Source: Curvularia clavata
Taxonomy: Eukaryota
Direction: 5' to 3'
Assembly (NCBI GenBank): GCA_023920165.1
Contig: CP089276.1
Location: 2,356,001-2,420,000 of the forward strand
DNA: 64,000 nucleotides
Made by a program: the position numbers and the translations under genes. The first letter of the stretch is position 1, and each line of letters begins with the position of its first letter. The notes beneath the pieces are model-generated. The model was not told the origin of the DNA. It ran no database searches and saw only the letters and a list, made by a program, of their open reading frames with translations. Of the stretch, positions 35,965 to 49,899 are shown piece after piece.

Positions 35965-37012
35965 CTATTCAGGCTCTTGGTCCTTCCACCGTTCCATGAC
36001 AGCATTGACATCCATCTCACAGACCTCGGCATGTTTCAGCACTGCATGTGCCTTTTTCACAACGGGCACATCAATCATCTTACCATCCAGTGTCCATGCT
36101 CCTCGACCTGCTTGGCTGGCTTTCTCGTCTGCAATGGCTATCCTTGCAGCCCACTCGAGTTCTTGTTCCCCGGGGCTAAAGGCTTTGTGACATACAGCAA
36201 TTTGGCTCGGATGTATGCATTGCTTGCCATTGAAGCCCAAGCCCTTGCCATTCAGACACTCTTCCTCTAGTGTCTTCAGCCCCTCTTCACCCTTGTAGCT
36301 CGTGCACACCAGATCAATCGTACTCGGCAGTTCAGCCGCGCGCGCCGCTGTCGCAATCGCACTTCGTGCATACAGGAACTCTGTCAGAGACGGGGTACGG
36401 GTAAGACTCATATCTTTTGCAAAGTCCTCCGCTGCAAAGACTAGACCGGAGATGTAGGGCGAGGCGGCGCATATCGAGCTCAGGTTCTGGATCGCTTTCG
36501 CACTCTCGATTAGCGCTATTATGCGCAATGGCTCCCTGTCTCCTTTCTTGCCGTCACTTGGGTGCCGCTCGGGACTCAGATGCCTTATCACGTCCGTTAC
36601 GAAGTGCAGGTCTGCTGCGCTTTGACACTTGGGCAACATGATGGCATCGAGGTACTGACCCTTGAGAACCTCTGTCAAGTCGTCTAGGGCAAGACCTGTA
36701 TCGACGCTGTTTATCCTCACGCACATTTCTTTTATGCCGACGGGTCGCTGCTTGTTCAGGATGTCGCGGAGGTTGGAGCGCGCGGCGGGCTTCATGTGCG
36801 GCGCAACGCTGTCTTCGAGGTCGTAGGTTACATTGTCGGCGTACATAGCGAAGGACTTTTCCAACATCTTCTTTGAAGATGCGGGGACTGCATAGTAGCG
36901 TGTTGGTATAGAGCCATCGCGGTGGTGGTGCTGCGGAGGTAGGCAATTGGAGATGGGGATTGTGTATTTACATACCGTACATGCACGCCCTCCGAATGAT
37001 GGGCGCTGCCAT
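35965..37012 (-). CDS. Citrate lyase beta subunit-like (CitE/CLYBL, HpcH/HpaI) acyl-CoA lyase, 2 exons
   Basis: RRACMYVP (spliced), [44 protein letters not shown]. Confidence 0.88.
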
Positions 37013-37292
37013 TGTGCTTGATCTGCCTATATAATTGATTATTTGGCTTGGGACACGGTGAAATGCAAGCAAAAGCGACGCAATTGCATCGCAGTCGTCG
37101 ACTCCATACCTCGGATGCTGTGCGAGACCCTTATGACGTGCGGGGGGTGGGTACTAGGGCGGGAGCCATCTCAAACGCCGATGGCCGACGCGTCGTTGGG
37201 TGTGGGAAAGCCACGTGAAGCTCATCCTACATCTGTTCTTGAATTCCAACTCTCCACCAACAAGCCCTCGCGCGCATAGTAAAGAAAGAACA

Positions 37293-38036
37293 ATGGAGAC
37301 CGCACAGCAAGAGCCAGCGCCTGGCTCGCTGAGCTGGAGACTTAGCAGCCACCCCATTACGCTGCTTACCTTTCTCTTCTTCCGCACATGTACGTTTAAG
37401 GCATCATGCCTAGTATACCAAGCTCCCCATACACGGCGTCTCTCAAAGCATGAATGTAAACTAACATGTGTTCTCCCTGCCAGCCTCCCTCGTCGTCTAC
37501 CTCCTCGGCCTCCGTCTTCTAACCTCCAACTTCGTCCTTATCTTCATCATCACCATCCTGCTCCTCGCCATGGACTTCTACTACCTCAAGAACATTGCCG
37601 GCCGCCGGCTTGTCGGGCTACGTTGGTGGAACGAAGTCGATGCTAGTACGGGCGACGGGCGCTGGGTTTTCGAGAGCTTGGATCAGGACACGAGTTCGCG
37701 CCAGATCAATGCGACGGACAAGCGCTTCTTTTGGCTCGCGCTATATGCGCAGCCGGTACTATGGGTGCTGCTGGCCATTGTGGCGCTCGTCAGTCTGGAG
37801 TTTATCTGGTTGACGCTTGTGGGTGAGTGGAATTCGCGCTATCCTCTGGAATCAGGGATGCAAGACTGACGTGTGACATAGCTATTGCGCTCGTTCTTAC
37901 AATCACGAATACCCTCGCTTTCTCACGGTGCGACAAGTTTAGCCAGGCAACAGGTTTTGCTTCGAATGCCATGTATGGGTCGGGTATTGCCAGGAATCTG
38001 GCTGGTGGCATGATCTCTGGGCTGTTCAGGCGGTGA
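37293..38036 (+). CDS. TVP23: Golgi membrane protein Tvp23, 3 exons
   Basis: [53 protein letters not shown]. Confidence 0.92.
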
Positions 38037-38206
38037 TGACGCTCGAGACGGAGAAGGTCTATTGAATCAAAAGAAGAAGAGATTGTTTCTAACTAGGCGT
38101 AGAGGAATGTTGTCTTTGTACTTGGAGTCTTATGCATACATACCCAATATTCATTTATCAAGAATTTCGCAAGTTGTTATTGTACTACAGAGCTATTCCT
38201 ACCCTC

Positions 38207-39670
38207 TCAGTATCCCCTGTCTCGGTCCACTTCGTTGATCAGTTTACGCCCGCTTCTCTCCCGCTTGATGTTCTCAATCAGCAACTGGAAGCCACGGTCG
38301 GCATAGACATCTGTTGCTCCACTGCAATGCGGTGTGATGAGGACATTGGGAGCATCCCAGAGCGGATCGTCCTTTGGAAGCGGTTCGGGATCCGTCACGT
38401 CTAGGGCTGCACCACTGATGTGTCCATTTTCCAGGGCAGTAATAAGAGCTGGTTGGTCGATGATCTGGCCGCGCGCAATGTTGGCGACATAAGTGCCCCT
38501 TGGGTTCGATTGGTGTAGGAGCTCGAATTCTGCCGTCGACAGAAGGTGGGTTGTTTCTTTGCTATTTCGTTATTAGCTACTGTATCGGCTTGGATGCATC
38601 TACTTGCTCATCAGTAGATGGAAACTTACGTCAACGGCACGGCTATGACTAATAGATCAATCTTTTGCTTCAGAAACTCATGAATATCTTCCTTGCTGGT
38701 ACCACTGTACCATGCACTAGGAATGCTGCCGTCAGGGTCGCCAGTGCCAGGGACAATGTATCCATGGTCGTGCTTGGATTCGGGTGTTTTGCGTGGAGAA
38801 GCCGTGTACGCTATCACATCCATGCCCATGGCCTTTGCTACGCGGCCGACTGTACAAAGAGTCAATACACGTGGTGGTGTGTACTTGATGCAGGATAAAC
38901 CACATACCTTGTCGACCGATACTACCGTACCCTAGCACTCCCACTCTCTTGCCCACACGATCACTCACACTCATCCCCACCCTCTGATCCCAAATCTTCT
39001 TCTTTTGGTTGTCGTACAGTTTCGTGTAGCTATGGCTATGCACCAGATCCATCATGATAACCCATTCCGCGATTTGCGGGCCGTGGACGCCATTGGCTGA
39101 GCATAACGGAATCTTGGAATCCGTGTAGATGGGGTGTTTGGCGACGTGATTAGTGCCTGCGGAGAAGAACTGAATGAGTTTTGTAGAAGGGATAGCGTCT
39201 GGGGTTGGGGGCAGCCAGAAGAGTGTCGTGAGGTAGGATGCTCGCCGGAGATATTCTGAGATTGAATGTCAGTAAGAACTGGCGGGACAATTAAAACTAA
39301 GAGACTGTGTGTAACATAAGGGGAAAGGCAAAGCATCCTGCAGGTGCTTCATAAATCCCAATCCATGCGTCCTTTTTGGGATAAACGGTCGCACAAAACA
39401 TAATGATCCACAATCCTACATGCACACGCCCACGCGGTATATCATTGCTTTTTCTTACTCACCTTCCGGTACATCCAACGGTTCCACCTTTCCGTTCTCG
39501 AACTTTGCATGGTAGTACTTAACCTCCACATCATTGAAAGTCTCCTTCAAAGCCTGGATTCCAGCTGCAGCCGCTTCTTCTGGCCATGGTAGTGTGCATA
39601 TTAATAGCTCTTTCTCTTTCGATCCCCCTTCACGGGATGGTATGTCTGGTCCGCCTCCCATCGCGACCAT
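38207..39670 (-). CDS. D-isomer-specific 2-hydroxyacid dehydrogenase, 4 exons (start at 39670 or 39661)
   Basis: Rossmann motif VGVLGYGSIGRQ, AVPLT, NIARG, DVTDPEPLP, ITPHCSG; first intron about 200 nt. Confidence 0.88.
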
Positions 39671-41030
39671 GCTAGCGAGTTCTTGAGCAGAGAGGTGGAG
39701 AAGGGCCGTTTTGTGTCTGCAATGCTGGAGACGTTGTTTGTAGCGTTCTTGGCTGCAGGGGCAAACCACAATGTTGACAGAAACGAAAGCAGATGCGCAA
39801 CAGTAGATTCGAGGACTCTGTTGCTAAAAATGATGCAAATATCTAGAAGAACGCCAAAGGACCTTAATAGACTTTGGGGTCAATTAATACTGTTAACAAT
39901 GGTGGGGGATAGAGCCGCCGATAGTCGCACGCAATAGTGGGGTGCTGCTTTGATATGCCACCTAGTACTCGCTGTGACGTTCTGCTTATGTCCGGAGTTC
40001 CGAACCGGACATGTCAAATCCGCGCGCCCTATAGCCGACACTTGCTGATGTAGTTGGTCAGCAAGTCTCGCAGTCAACGACGACCATGTGTAAGAACTAG
40101 AAGGATGAAAAGACGTTATTGGTCTTGTGCCGAAGGAACGAAGTATTTGCGCCATGCCCCTCGCTTTCTCATCATTGCAGTCTTACTGCATGTCAGCGGT
40201 TGGTTGTGCAGCTATTTAGCGTCAAGCTGGAAAAATACTTTGTGCCGTTGTTGTAGACTATATTAGGATCGAGTACCTAGCAAACACGACTATTCGAAAA
40301 GTGTTCCATGAACTCATGTGAGTACCAACATCACGACTAGCTGGTGATCCATATGGCCAAACAGCATGAGAGATTCAACTCTTAAAGCGTATCCAGCTTA
40401 GAAGGAATAGTCAGCTTTGTGTTTGAAGGTGATGGAGATTGATAAATGGATTGCTTTTCAACACTGGAATAAGATATAGGGGGTATACAGTTTCCAATCT
40501 TAACTTTTCCCACCCACAATTTGCATAAATTTCCGAAATATAGATATATCAGTCACTTTCCAAGCCCGCATGACCTTGCAATAGGTCATGTTATGATGCA
40601 TGGTTCAATGTGTGGTTTTTATGGTTTGATGGTTGCAACAACATGACAGTAGAATCATAAATCCAGAGCCAAACAGGCCCGTGGCACAAGAAAAGTTGAA
40701 ATGCGCTCTCTTTACAAGACGAGATGGTTATCTTCCTATGCGCCGATTTGTACAGCATTTGGAGCTCCTTGTTGATAACCAGTATGCATTCCTCTGATCT
40801 CTTCTTTTGACAAACATTTTCTCGTTCAAACGGCATTCCTGCAGTCGTGATTTCCTACGGAAACTTATCATTGCTAACGCATTCTATTCTTTGACCGATA
40901 TCTCTTCACCTCTTGGTAAGCTCCTCATTGGCGATGTCTCAGGGTGACTTACGGGTTGCATCTGATACCGAGATTTGGTGCTTATACAAACTCAGGGCGG
41001 TTCGTATTCATTAATGCAATGTAAAAATAC

Positions 41031-41072
41031 TGCGAAAGATCATATATGATTTGTCGTATATGATCTTTTGCA
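41031..41072 (+). repeat. 19-bp inverted repeat (hairpin) with a 4-nt loop
   Basis: tgcgaaagatcatatatga-tttg-tcgtatatgatcttttgca gives 17 Watson-Crick pairs plus 2 G-T pairs. Confidence 0.85.
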
Positions 41073-44000
41073 TACATATGCTACTTCTTTCCCGAGTGCA
41101 GCCCCTCTCCCTGCTTTCTCTCCTTCTACGTGTGAGCGTTCTCGCTATACCCAATAGAGACTGCCACATAAATATCGTTCGCCGAAACATGATAGAAATC
41201 TTTTGATCAACCTACAATGTATAGCAAAAGAGGTGCATGACTCAGAGAAAGTTGCGTATTTTGCAGAGGCGGAGAGAACCCCGTATAAACGAGTGACCAA
41301 ATTGTATAGTTATCATATAACACAAACGGTAAAGAAAAAAAGCAACAAAATGGACAACAATCTCTACCAGAAGAGGAAGACTATACAGCGGATACGTAAT
41401 GGCATCGCGTTCCAGCTGTGCACTGATGTGGCGAAGGCTGCTGCCCATTGATCAACTTGCGTGGTCTTATCGCGCCAGCGCCCACCTGAATTGCGTAACA
41501 CTTTAGCGACGCCGCCGGCATTGCGTATCTCTCTAATCCACACTTTGAATTATAGTCTGCCAGCTATAGCATGAGTTTCACTTGTAGCTGGTAGCGATAT
41601 TCACGCTTATATCCCTGTCTATATAAGCCCACAAAAAGTGCCACACGCCTACCAACAGCTGCAGAAGTGGGACAATAAAGATCTTGAAGAGGCAATAAGG
41701 CCATAAAAAACAAAGTGATATTATATAACATTTGCTAGAAAAGGAGAAAAAATGGGCATCCAGGCTACTTGCTGCCTACGAAGGATTCGCTGCGAGCACG
41801 ATGGCGCTCCCACAACTCGTCGCCAGCTCCGCGCCTCGAGCAACATCATCATGCCGCTTGAACGAGACGGACGCAATGCATTACGCAAGAACCAACAGCT
41901 TCGTGTTGGCAGTGGCGAACGGAATCCAGGAACGGAGCACCCAAGAGAGAATGACACACAGAGAGCCAGAAGCGAGCAACATGCAGCCAACCGACGTCAA
42001 AAGCCTTCTAGTTCCCGCGCAGCGATGCCCAGCAATATGCAGGGGCATGGCGGCGGAGACTGAGACGTTTTTTCCAAGGTTACACAGCTCTCTCTCAAGG
42101 CTGGAGGCCTTGTCCAGCGGGCGTGGCGCGTGGCGGCATGCTCTCCGTCCCAGCAGTCGGACACATGACCCAATTCCTCTATAGGCTCGAACAACCTGCG
42201 ATGGATACAGGGGAGTGAAGGTAACACAGACGTCTTATCTTCTTACCTCAGCTTGCAAGTAGCTCATGCAATAATTTTTTGTGCGCATGTTATTACGGGT
42301 GCCCCTTCCGGCCTATCCATCCCATCCCCCAGGATACTCTCCCGTCATTTCATCTCGCTTGCACGTGTTGGACGGGATTAGTGAACGAGCCTCACTCTGA
42401 GCCCTGCTGAAGGTAGTTGGACCAAAAATGGAATCTTCTCCCAACGCCAGCACTCCCGAAATCCCACTTATTTTTGCATCCTCCACAAATCCTTGTCGTC
42501 AGCGCAGCGAGTCGGACGGAGGCCGCCGATCTGGCCCGCGCGGCCCAGATACCTGTTCCTGCAAAGTTCGTCGTGCCGAGAACGCGTCCATACACGCACA
42601 CACGCGCGCTCAATGCCTGGCACACACATACACGCATCTAAAACGTGATTGTGGTTGGCCAGCTCTCGGGTACTACAGACGGCGGCCAGGGGGAGAGGCA
42701 AGGGGCAGCCGTTGGATGGCTTCGCATCTCCACCAAATAATGCCACACGGAAAACCACCTTCTCTTTTCATCAAGGTTCCTCCGCGTTTTCCTTGCAGCC
42801 GGTCGCGTGCCTTTCCCGGTGAACCATGTTCTGGAAACTGGGGGTGTGCTTTTGTGTTACATTTTCGTTGAGAAGGATGCTCCTTGGGGGCACACCAGCT
42901 ATTTTACCAGGATAGATCGTCAAAAGAAGAGGTATGGTAAGTTTCTCTTGAGTCATGTGAGCGATCGAAGGATAAACAATAAATGTAAGGTAAAGGAGAA
43001 AGAGGAAAAGCACGATAATAGTATGTGTGGTATAATGCATTTCGCTTTTCTTGACAGAGCATGTAGACTGCGGAACCTGCATGGTAATGATGGACAGCCG
43101 ATATGCCTATTGGTGTTGTGAGGTACCAAATGGGGAGGCAAGTGAGGGTCTTTGCTAAATCCAGTACGACTGAGTACCCGATGGCATGGTTGAAAGATGA
43201 GGCGTCAGCACGGCAAGACTGGTTTGCCCATTGCTGACGAAAGGATGCTGGCAAAGATCATCGCTTGCATGGTGACATACTGGGACGGAATAGCGCCAAG
43301 ATCTCAAGCCGTATGTACGTATGAGTACGAGCAAACCTTCGCTGACGATTTACTGCAGAATGGGATGCCCTTGATTGTCGTGAGCTGACTGAGAGCGCTA
43401 CATATGGCTTAGCTCTCCCATGGCCACGTTTTTGACTTGGGCATTTTTCGCTATTGTGTTCGACCATACTCTTACGCGATGCTTCTTGACCCTGCCCGTC
43501 TGGATCGGCATTTCAAACACGTCTCATTTATCCATATTGCCGGGTATGTGACAGGCCCCACACCTCCCAACGAACCTTCTTCCTGAGACAGTGTTGGGGC
43601 CTGCGGATGCCTTGTGCCAAACCAGACGGACGGATGGGTGTTTGTCAGCGCTGACCAACGAGTTATGTCTTGAGTTGTAGTGGGTATCTCTATATTGTCT
43701 ATTGTACAATGCGCTCCGACACAGCATATTATGTATGACCGGCTTCGGCGTTCATGAGAAAATAAAGTTGTGAACTGCTGCAACTAAGTTTTGGCTATAT
43801 GCAATGAATATCTTGAAACATAGGAAAGATCGCTGAAACAAGGCCTAGGCTACAACGAACTGGATGGCAATACAGGAATTGCTTGGCTACATTGTGCTGT
43901 AGCATGCAAGATATAATGTGGAGAGTGAAGGAGGATCGTGAGGTGATTTTTCGCCTCGTCGCTGCGTAACGTGGCTGTTATTGCGTTCCACAACCAGACG

Positions 44001-44504
44001 TACACAGCCATTTATCGAGGCGATTTGTGGAAGTGAATCCGAGCCATTGTCTATAGCGTACAATGGGTGTATAAAATGGGCATTCGAATCTAATGCGACC
44101 ATGCGTGGGAAGCCATTTTGGTCGACTTCGGACTTCGGCTGAATGACGTGTTGTGCTTTAACGAATAATATTGTGTACAGCAGGGCAAAGGACCAGCCTG
44201 ATTGGTACTGAACACTGCTGTGCAACACATAGCCATGTGTGGCACCACAGTACTGCAGTCAAGCTGACTTACGCGTGTGATTCATGGTGTCGTCCTAAAG
44301 TCGGATGCAGATGCATGGTGAAAAGCATCGGCGTCCCCACCGTGATATTGCAGTCGACAGTGTGGTCGCGTGCGGTAGAATGGTGTGCGGCTAAATCAGG
44401 CGGTTGAAACGACTGTAGCATGGAACCCCCTGGATGCGAAATTCCAACAATGAAATCCATTTCAGAAATAGGAAAAATGTTTTTTTCTTTTTTGCATATT
44501 TTGT

Positions 44505-46222
44505 TCAGATCTTAGAATCGTAATCGGGAGGATGTAGTCCGAGTCCTCCCCTGGCCATGGACGACCTCGGGTCCCATTCCACCTGGGTGGTCGTTCGAGA
44601 CTGTGCCCTCGGCATAGAGAAGCTAAGTTGCGGGCTCTTGTAATCGCGCTCAACATCATTGTGGAAGTGCTCGGGTGTATCGGACCGGGGGTTGTTCATG
44701 ACGTAACTTGCGATCTCAGGAGCCATATGTGCGTTCGGGGGTGATTGGTGTTCGAAGTTCTTGAGTTCAAAATGGCGCATATCCTCGGTGGGGTTCCTGG
44801 CATCCAAAGAAACGAACTCGCGATTCTTGCTGAATTTACCTCGGATCAAGTCTCGCCATCCCATGATCATGCTCCACCGACCAAGTAAGAGGAACACTTG
44901 TATGCCAGCAATTGAAAGCATCATCAAGACCGCAGTAACCGTAGATTGATCAATGGCGAGTTCCTGACCGAGCGGGAAGCACGGAGATGGGTCGTCCGGG
45001 TTTCGCATCAGGCACAGGAGATACGGGTAGAGTTCCGCGACGTTCTCGGTGGCGTGTTTAGTAACAGAGTTTAACCAGATAAAGACAATCGAGAAGAAGA
45101 TAACGTCCACGAGAATGAAGACGACAATGGTGATACCGCGCCATTGGAGGTAAAGCACTTTTCGTACGCGACGATAGACGGCTCGAGCTGAACGGTTCCG
45201 TATGCTGGTTGTGTAGGAGGGAAAGCCCGCGCTACTTTGTGTCTCGGTTTTTTCGTCGCTGAACATGTTTTGTAGATATACTTTGATACAATACACGAAC
45301 CTAAGTATCCGTTAGCTAAGCTGCGTGGGCGCAACTTCCATGGTAGACTCACGTTCCGATCTGGATGAGCATAGCCGCACCCGCAATGGCTAGCAAAGGT
45401 CCCCAGAAGTCTTTCATTGAGTGTTCGGCATTCACGTGGCAAACATCTCCGAACCTGAAGGAGACGCCGGTAATGGTGATGGTGACAGTGAAGAAGCTTG
45501 CCGCAACGGACCAGCCCAAGCCTTGTGCCCAGTAAAAGAACCTCTTTCCAGGGGTGACATCCCAACAGATCTGAAGGTGCATGGAGAGGGCGCGGATGAA
45601 GATCCACACTGCCATAGACAAACCACCAGATATGAGAAAGGCACCAGAGAAAGCACATGTGAGACTTGAGTACATGTCGTTGGGAGTAATCTCATCATAA
45701 CACTGCTCTGGCTGAGCGCCAAAGGGGATCACAAAACCAAGCTAGTGATGATTAGTAGAGGAAGACTGTAAGACTGGAAAGAACCTACCGCCATAAACAT
45801 TGCAGCCACGATAAGACAGTAGCTAAGATAATGCCGGCGTGTCGTTTCGGCTGGGAGAAACGTATATGAGATCAAGAGGAACAGAAGCAGGACAAGTCCT
45901 ACTACGTTGAGCGCCTCGGCTACTCTGTAGGTAGTGCTGAAGCCTGAAAGTCATTAGAGGAATGAATGGTGACTTCTGTCTTATGTACACGTACTTGTTG
46001 GATACAGAAAGTCTGTCAGTGGACAGGGCAGGCAGCAAGTTATGCCGGTAGCTCCATAAGGTGCACAAAACCTTCCATCGACAACTGAGCTGGTTAGACG
46101 ACATACAACGCCAGAAGATAACGGGTACACCTACAGCCACCGAAACCAAATTGCGACATGTCGTAGAAAGGCGCCGGGCAGTCGCCCCGAAGCCCTTCGG
46201 CTGATGTAGTGTTGCTGGTCAT
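44505..46222 (-). CDS. Seven-transmembrane GPCR-like protein (GprM/class VII type), 5 exons
   Basis: Spliced Cys-rich N-terminus (CPAPF...DGRFC...CCLPCP), RRHYLSYCL, CYDEITPNDM, RALSMHLQICW, LQWRGI and multiple hydrophobic helices. Confidence 0.82.
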
Positions 46223-49200
46223 TGCAAAATTCGTCGAACTCTTCCTACCACAGATGGGTCCAAAGCGTTGTATACATGTGTGACGCAAGTCTGGCCAGCG
46301 GTGTCCTAGCTTCTGCCTCAGATGATATAAGGTGGATGGCGTGAGGTCCAGCCGGCAGGGCGTCTTCCGGAAGTCGACAGTGGATTGGCTTGGGTCTGCT
46401 ACAGTTTATGCGGTTGGGAGAGGATGCCGTGAGCAGAAGCGAAACTTGTGACAGCAGCTGCAGAGTTGGGCCCAATAAACGTTACGGCTAAAGAAACGAA
46501 ACAGAAGTGTGGAGTAGATATTGTCGCGGTTTGGCCAAAGCAGGCGGTCTAGAGAGTGAATAAGGTTCAGTGATGCAATAAGAGGCGCAAGAGGCCAGAG
46601 CGAGAGCAAAAAAAACGTGTGACGGGACGTTATGGTAAAAGTAGGAGAAGACCGGTGCGGCACAAGTAAAACTGCACGATGCAGGACGACGCCCTGGGCT
46701 TGGGAGTGGCACCTGGTTGGGCCGCCTGAGTATAAGTTATGGGGTGCGGCGATCCTGACGTGAACAGGCCGCTTTCCCCTTGCAGAGACACTCTTCACCC
46801 TGGCTCTCTAGCGCGGCCTGACCCCAGTGAATTAGTAGCCAAGACAAGCAGGAGGTGCGCAGAGACGGCCGGGATTCGCACGCCGAAGCGGGTCTGCAGA
46901 CCAGGATGTCACTGTCGGGTCCAGGCACCGGACTGATGTGCGCACAGGTGTTGGTTCCAAGGAGCTATCACGTCTTGGGCCAGCTCGCGCGGCCTCATTC
47001 GCGTAAAAGTCGAGAGAAAAGCGTTAAGCATCCCGAAGTGTGGCGGCATCCAAACGGCCTGATGCCGCGAGCGCCTACTAGAGACCAATGCGGCGCGGTC
47101 CCTGACAAGAGGCCACATGCTGAAGGACCTTTGCAAAATACCCCACGTCTTCAATTTGCACCATCCGACGAGGTTGCGATAGGGCGCATACATACGCTTA
47201 GTATGTACCAACAATACTACAAACTGTCACTTGGACACGCCGATCCCCAGTGCAATGGGCAACTAATGGTACTGACTGTTGCGATCGGCAGTAGTGTGTA
47301 TTGTCGTGCTTCGAGGTAGTATCGGTAGTTCTTGGAGTTGCCGAGTCACGGCATACATAAACTTCACTTGTCATTGTCGGCGCAAAACTCTATGGGTGGC
47401 CCTGTACAGTCGTCCATCGAAGGCTGTGACTGGTCACTTGAGGCCTGCCGTAATCCCTGGAGGGTTGTTGCTGACGTCCAATAGCGGGATATCCGAGCCT
47501 TGCCTGATCCACAGAGACGGCTGTGGGGGCCAGAGCCACTTCCTTCAGCTTGCCTTTGAACAGTACCTCAGCGGAGAGCGGAAGGGCAGCCTGTATGTAC
47601 AAACATACCCACCGTGCAGAGCAAAATTCTCCGGACGGACTGATTAGCGTTCGAAAGGCTGCAAGTCCGGAGAACGAGCCCATCGGTTAGTGGTGAGAGT
47701 CAGCAGCACACGCCGTTTCTGCAACACCCGGCGTTTTCAAGCCCCTTTGGCCACGCTAGTGTTGCGCCTTATAGGAAGTGGGGAGCCCCAACAAACGCGT
47801 CGGCACGCGTAGACGTCCAAATCTGTTTTGGTCTGGACCCAGGGACTTTTCTAGCGATGCCGATGAAGAGGTCGTGCGGGGAGCGCCCGCAAATGTGACG
47901 ATGTGGCCGTATCGAGGAACAAGAGAAGACATGATGATTGCTGACGAGGTTTGGGCGAGTTCAGCGCGCACGTGCCTTGTCCCGCTTCCTTTCCCCAGCA
48001 TGCCAGCTTTAGTGCGAACTGGTTGATCGTCTTCACTCAAGCCCGGCAGTTCATCTTACATGTTCAACCCATGCTTCAAACTTTGCAAGTTGCTTGCTAT
48101 ACATGCGCACTGTTTCAGATCTTCATTCTGGAAAGACAGACCAGGCTAGACCTACCCTGACGCCGACTGTGACGTCTCCTAGAGTCACTCATGGATGGTG
48201 CTGAGCTTATTCCGCTCGATGACATGAGTGACATGGACGTGGGGTAAATAAGATTCCAGTGCAGATCCATCTAGTCAGACCCATTCACAGGCCAAGGCCA
48301 TGGCATGGTTATCATCCATCAACATGTCTAGCCCACCACTACCACTATCAAATGCAAAAATTGTGCCAGCATCAAAACACCAACCAATGTCACCAGCTAT
48401 TTGGTACAGCACGAATCGCGGCTGACCCGCCGACCCGGCTTTCAGCTTCAGCCATGTTATGAACTGCTCATGGCCACATGGTTTTTGCAGATCCGACCAG
48501 AGACAGATTGTAGCTTCTTTTCCAGTTGCCTAAACTGCACACGGAAGCTTCGGCAACCCAGGATTCAATTGCAGCAAACCCGACAGGCCTTCGAAATGAG
48601 GTAGCAGGCCCGAAATGCACCCTGTGCCTCGTGGGATCCTTCTTCCCGTCATCATCGGCCCGAATCAGGGCTGTAGGCATTATCCGTGTAACATGGTCTT
48701 ACCGACCTAGTGACTTTCTTGAGATGTCCATGCATTCAGCCCTTTGCTAAACAACGGACGATGTGTAGTTCTGCTCACGATGACATGCCGCTGTCATTGT
48801 CCGAACCTAACAACGTTCAAACAATTTGCGCTAGAAAACGCAAGCAAAGTTTGTAGGTATGAACCGTTGGGTCCAACGGGACGGATCCGGCTTTTCACCA
48901 GTAGCAAAGCGCCACACTGTGTTGCGACTTCCATCGCACCCATTGGCCCTGGCTCTTGGGTACGCTTAGCCCAACACACTACCGGTACCATCCAACAGTC
49001 CAAGCGATGGCATCGACTTTGACGCGTCCACACTGAATGCATCGCCGTTGGTTCTTGGAGACGGAAAAACACAGCCGGTCTAGACTTTGACAGTGGATAC
49101 AGCGTTAGACACAACCACTGCGGCCCCAAAGATGCAAGCCGAGTGGTTCATCGTTCAGGCTTCGACCGCGCCGTTGTGACCGAAGTCTAGGGAACCACAA

Positions 49201-49899
49201 AATACCAAAATCAGTCCAGCTACCGTCTTTCATCAAATGAAAATCCTCCATCATCCCCTCATACCATCAGCAGGTTGCCTAAACCACCCGAGCATGAACT
49301 ACCCAAGAAAAAGTCTATTGGTGGCGGTTGTAACACGAGCTCCAGCCCTCATGTACTTTTTTCTTTTCCCGAGGGCTTGGTTCAGGCAGATGTACACAAC
49401 AACAGTCTAACCGCTTACAAGAAGGAAGGAACCTGATCGTTGGCCGACACAGCCAGCCACGCATTTGTCTTTAGGCTATGCGATGCACTGTGCTGTGCCG
49501 CAAAAAGCAACTCACTAGCTTGTATACTTGGGCGGTGTGCGTGGTCTAGCTACTCGGCAGGTCAAACATGGGCAAATAACTCATCATTGGCTCGTAATGA
49601 CTTTATCGACAAAAGAAAAAGCAAATTCCATTGCCGAGGCCTCGGGTTTGGGTTTGCGAGGGATAAATGCCTTCAATACACATCTTCTTACCCCTGTGTA
49701 AGTATCTTGCATGTCATCCATGCGGGCCAAGCAAGTGCCGGTTTGAAGGGTGAAAGAAAAAAATGAAATTCTGCTATGATTGAAGGGTTATCAGGAGACT
49801 TCAGCTGCCGGGGGGTTGCGACGGATTTCAGGTTTGGCATTCCTACGGATGTGGGGTTATATATGCTTAACCAAAAGTTAACAGTAAGAGTATGTAGCG

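Noticed and set aside
35880..35967. Stop-codon readthrough at the CitE TAG-CAA-CTG
   Set aside because: The context misses the +6 A of the CARYYA motif, and the extension ends ...TDTQF* with no PTS1.
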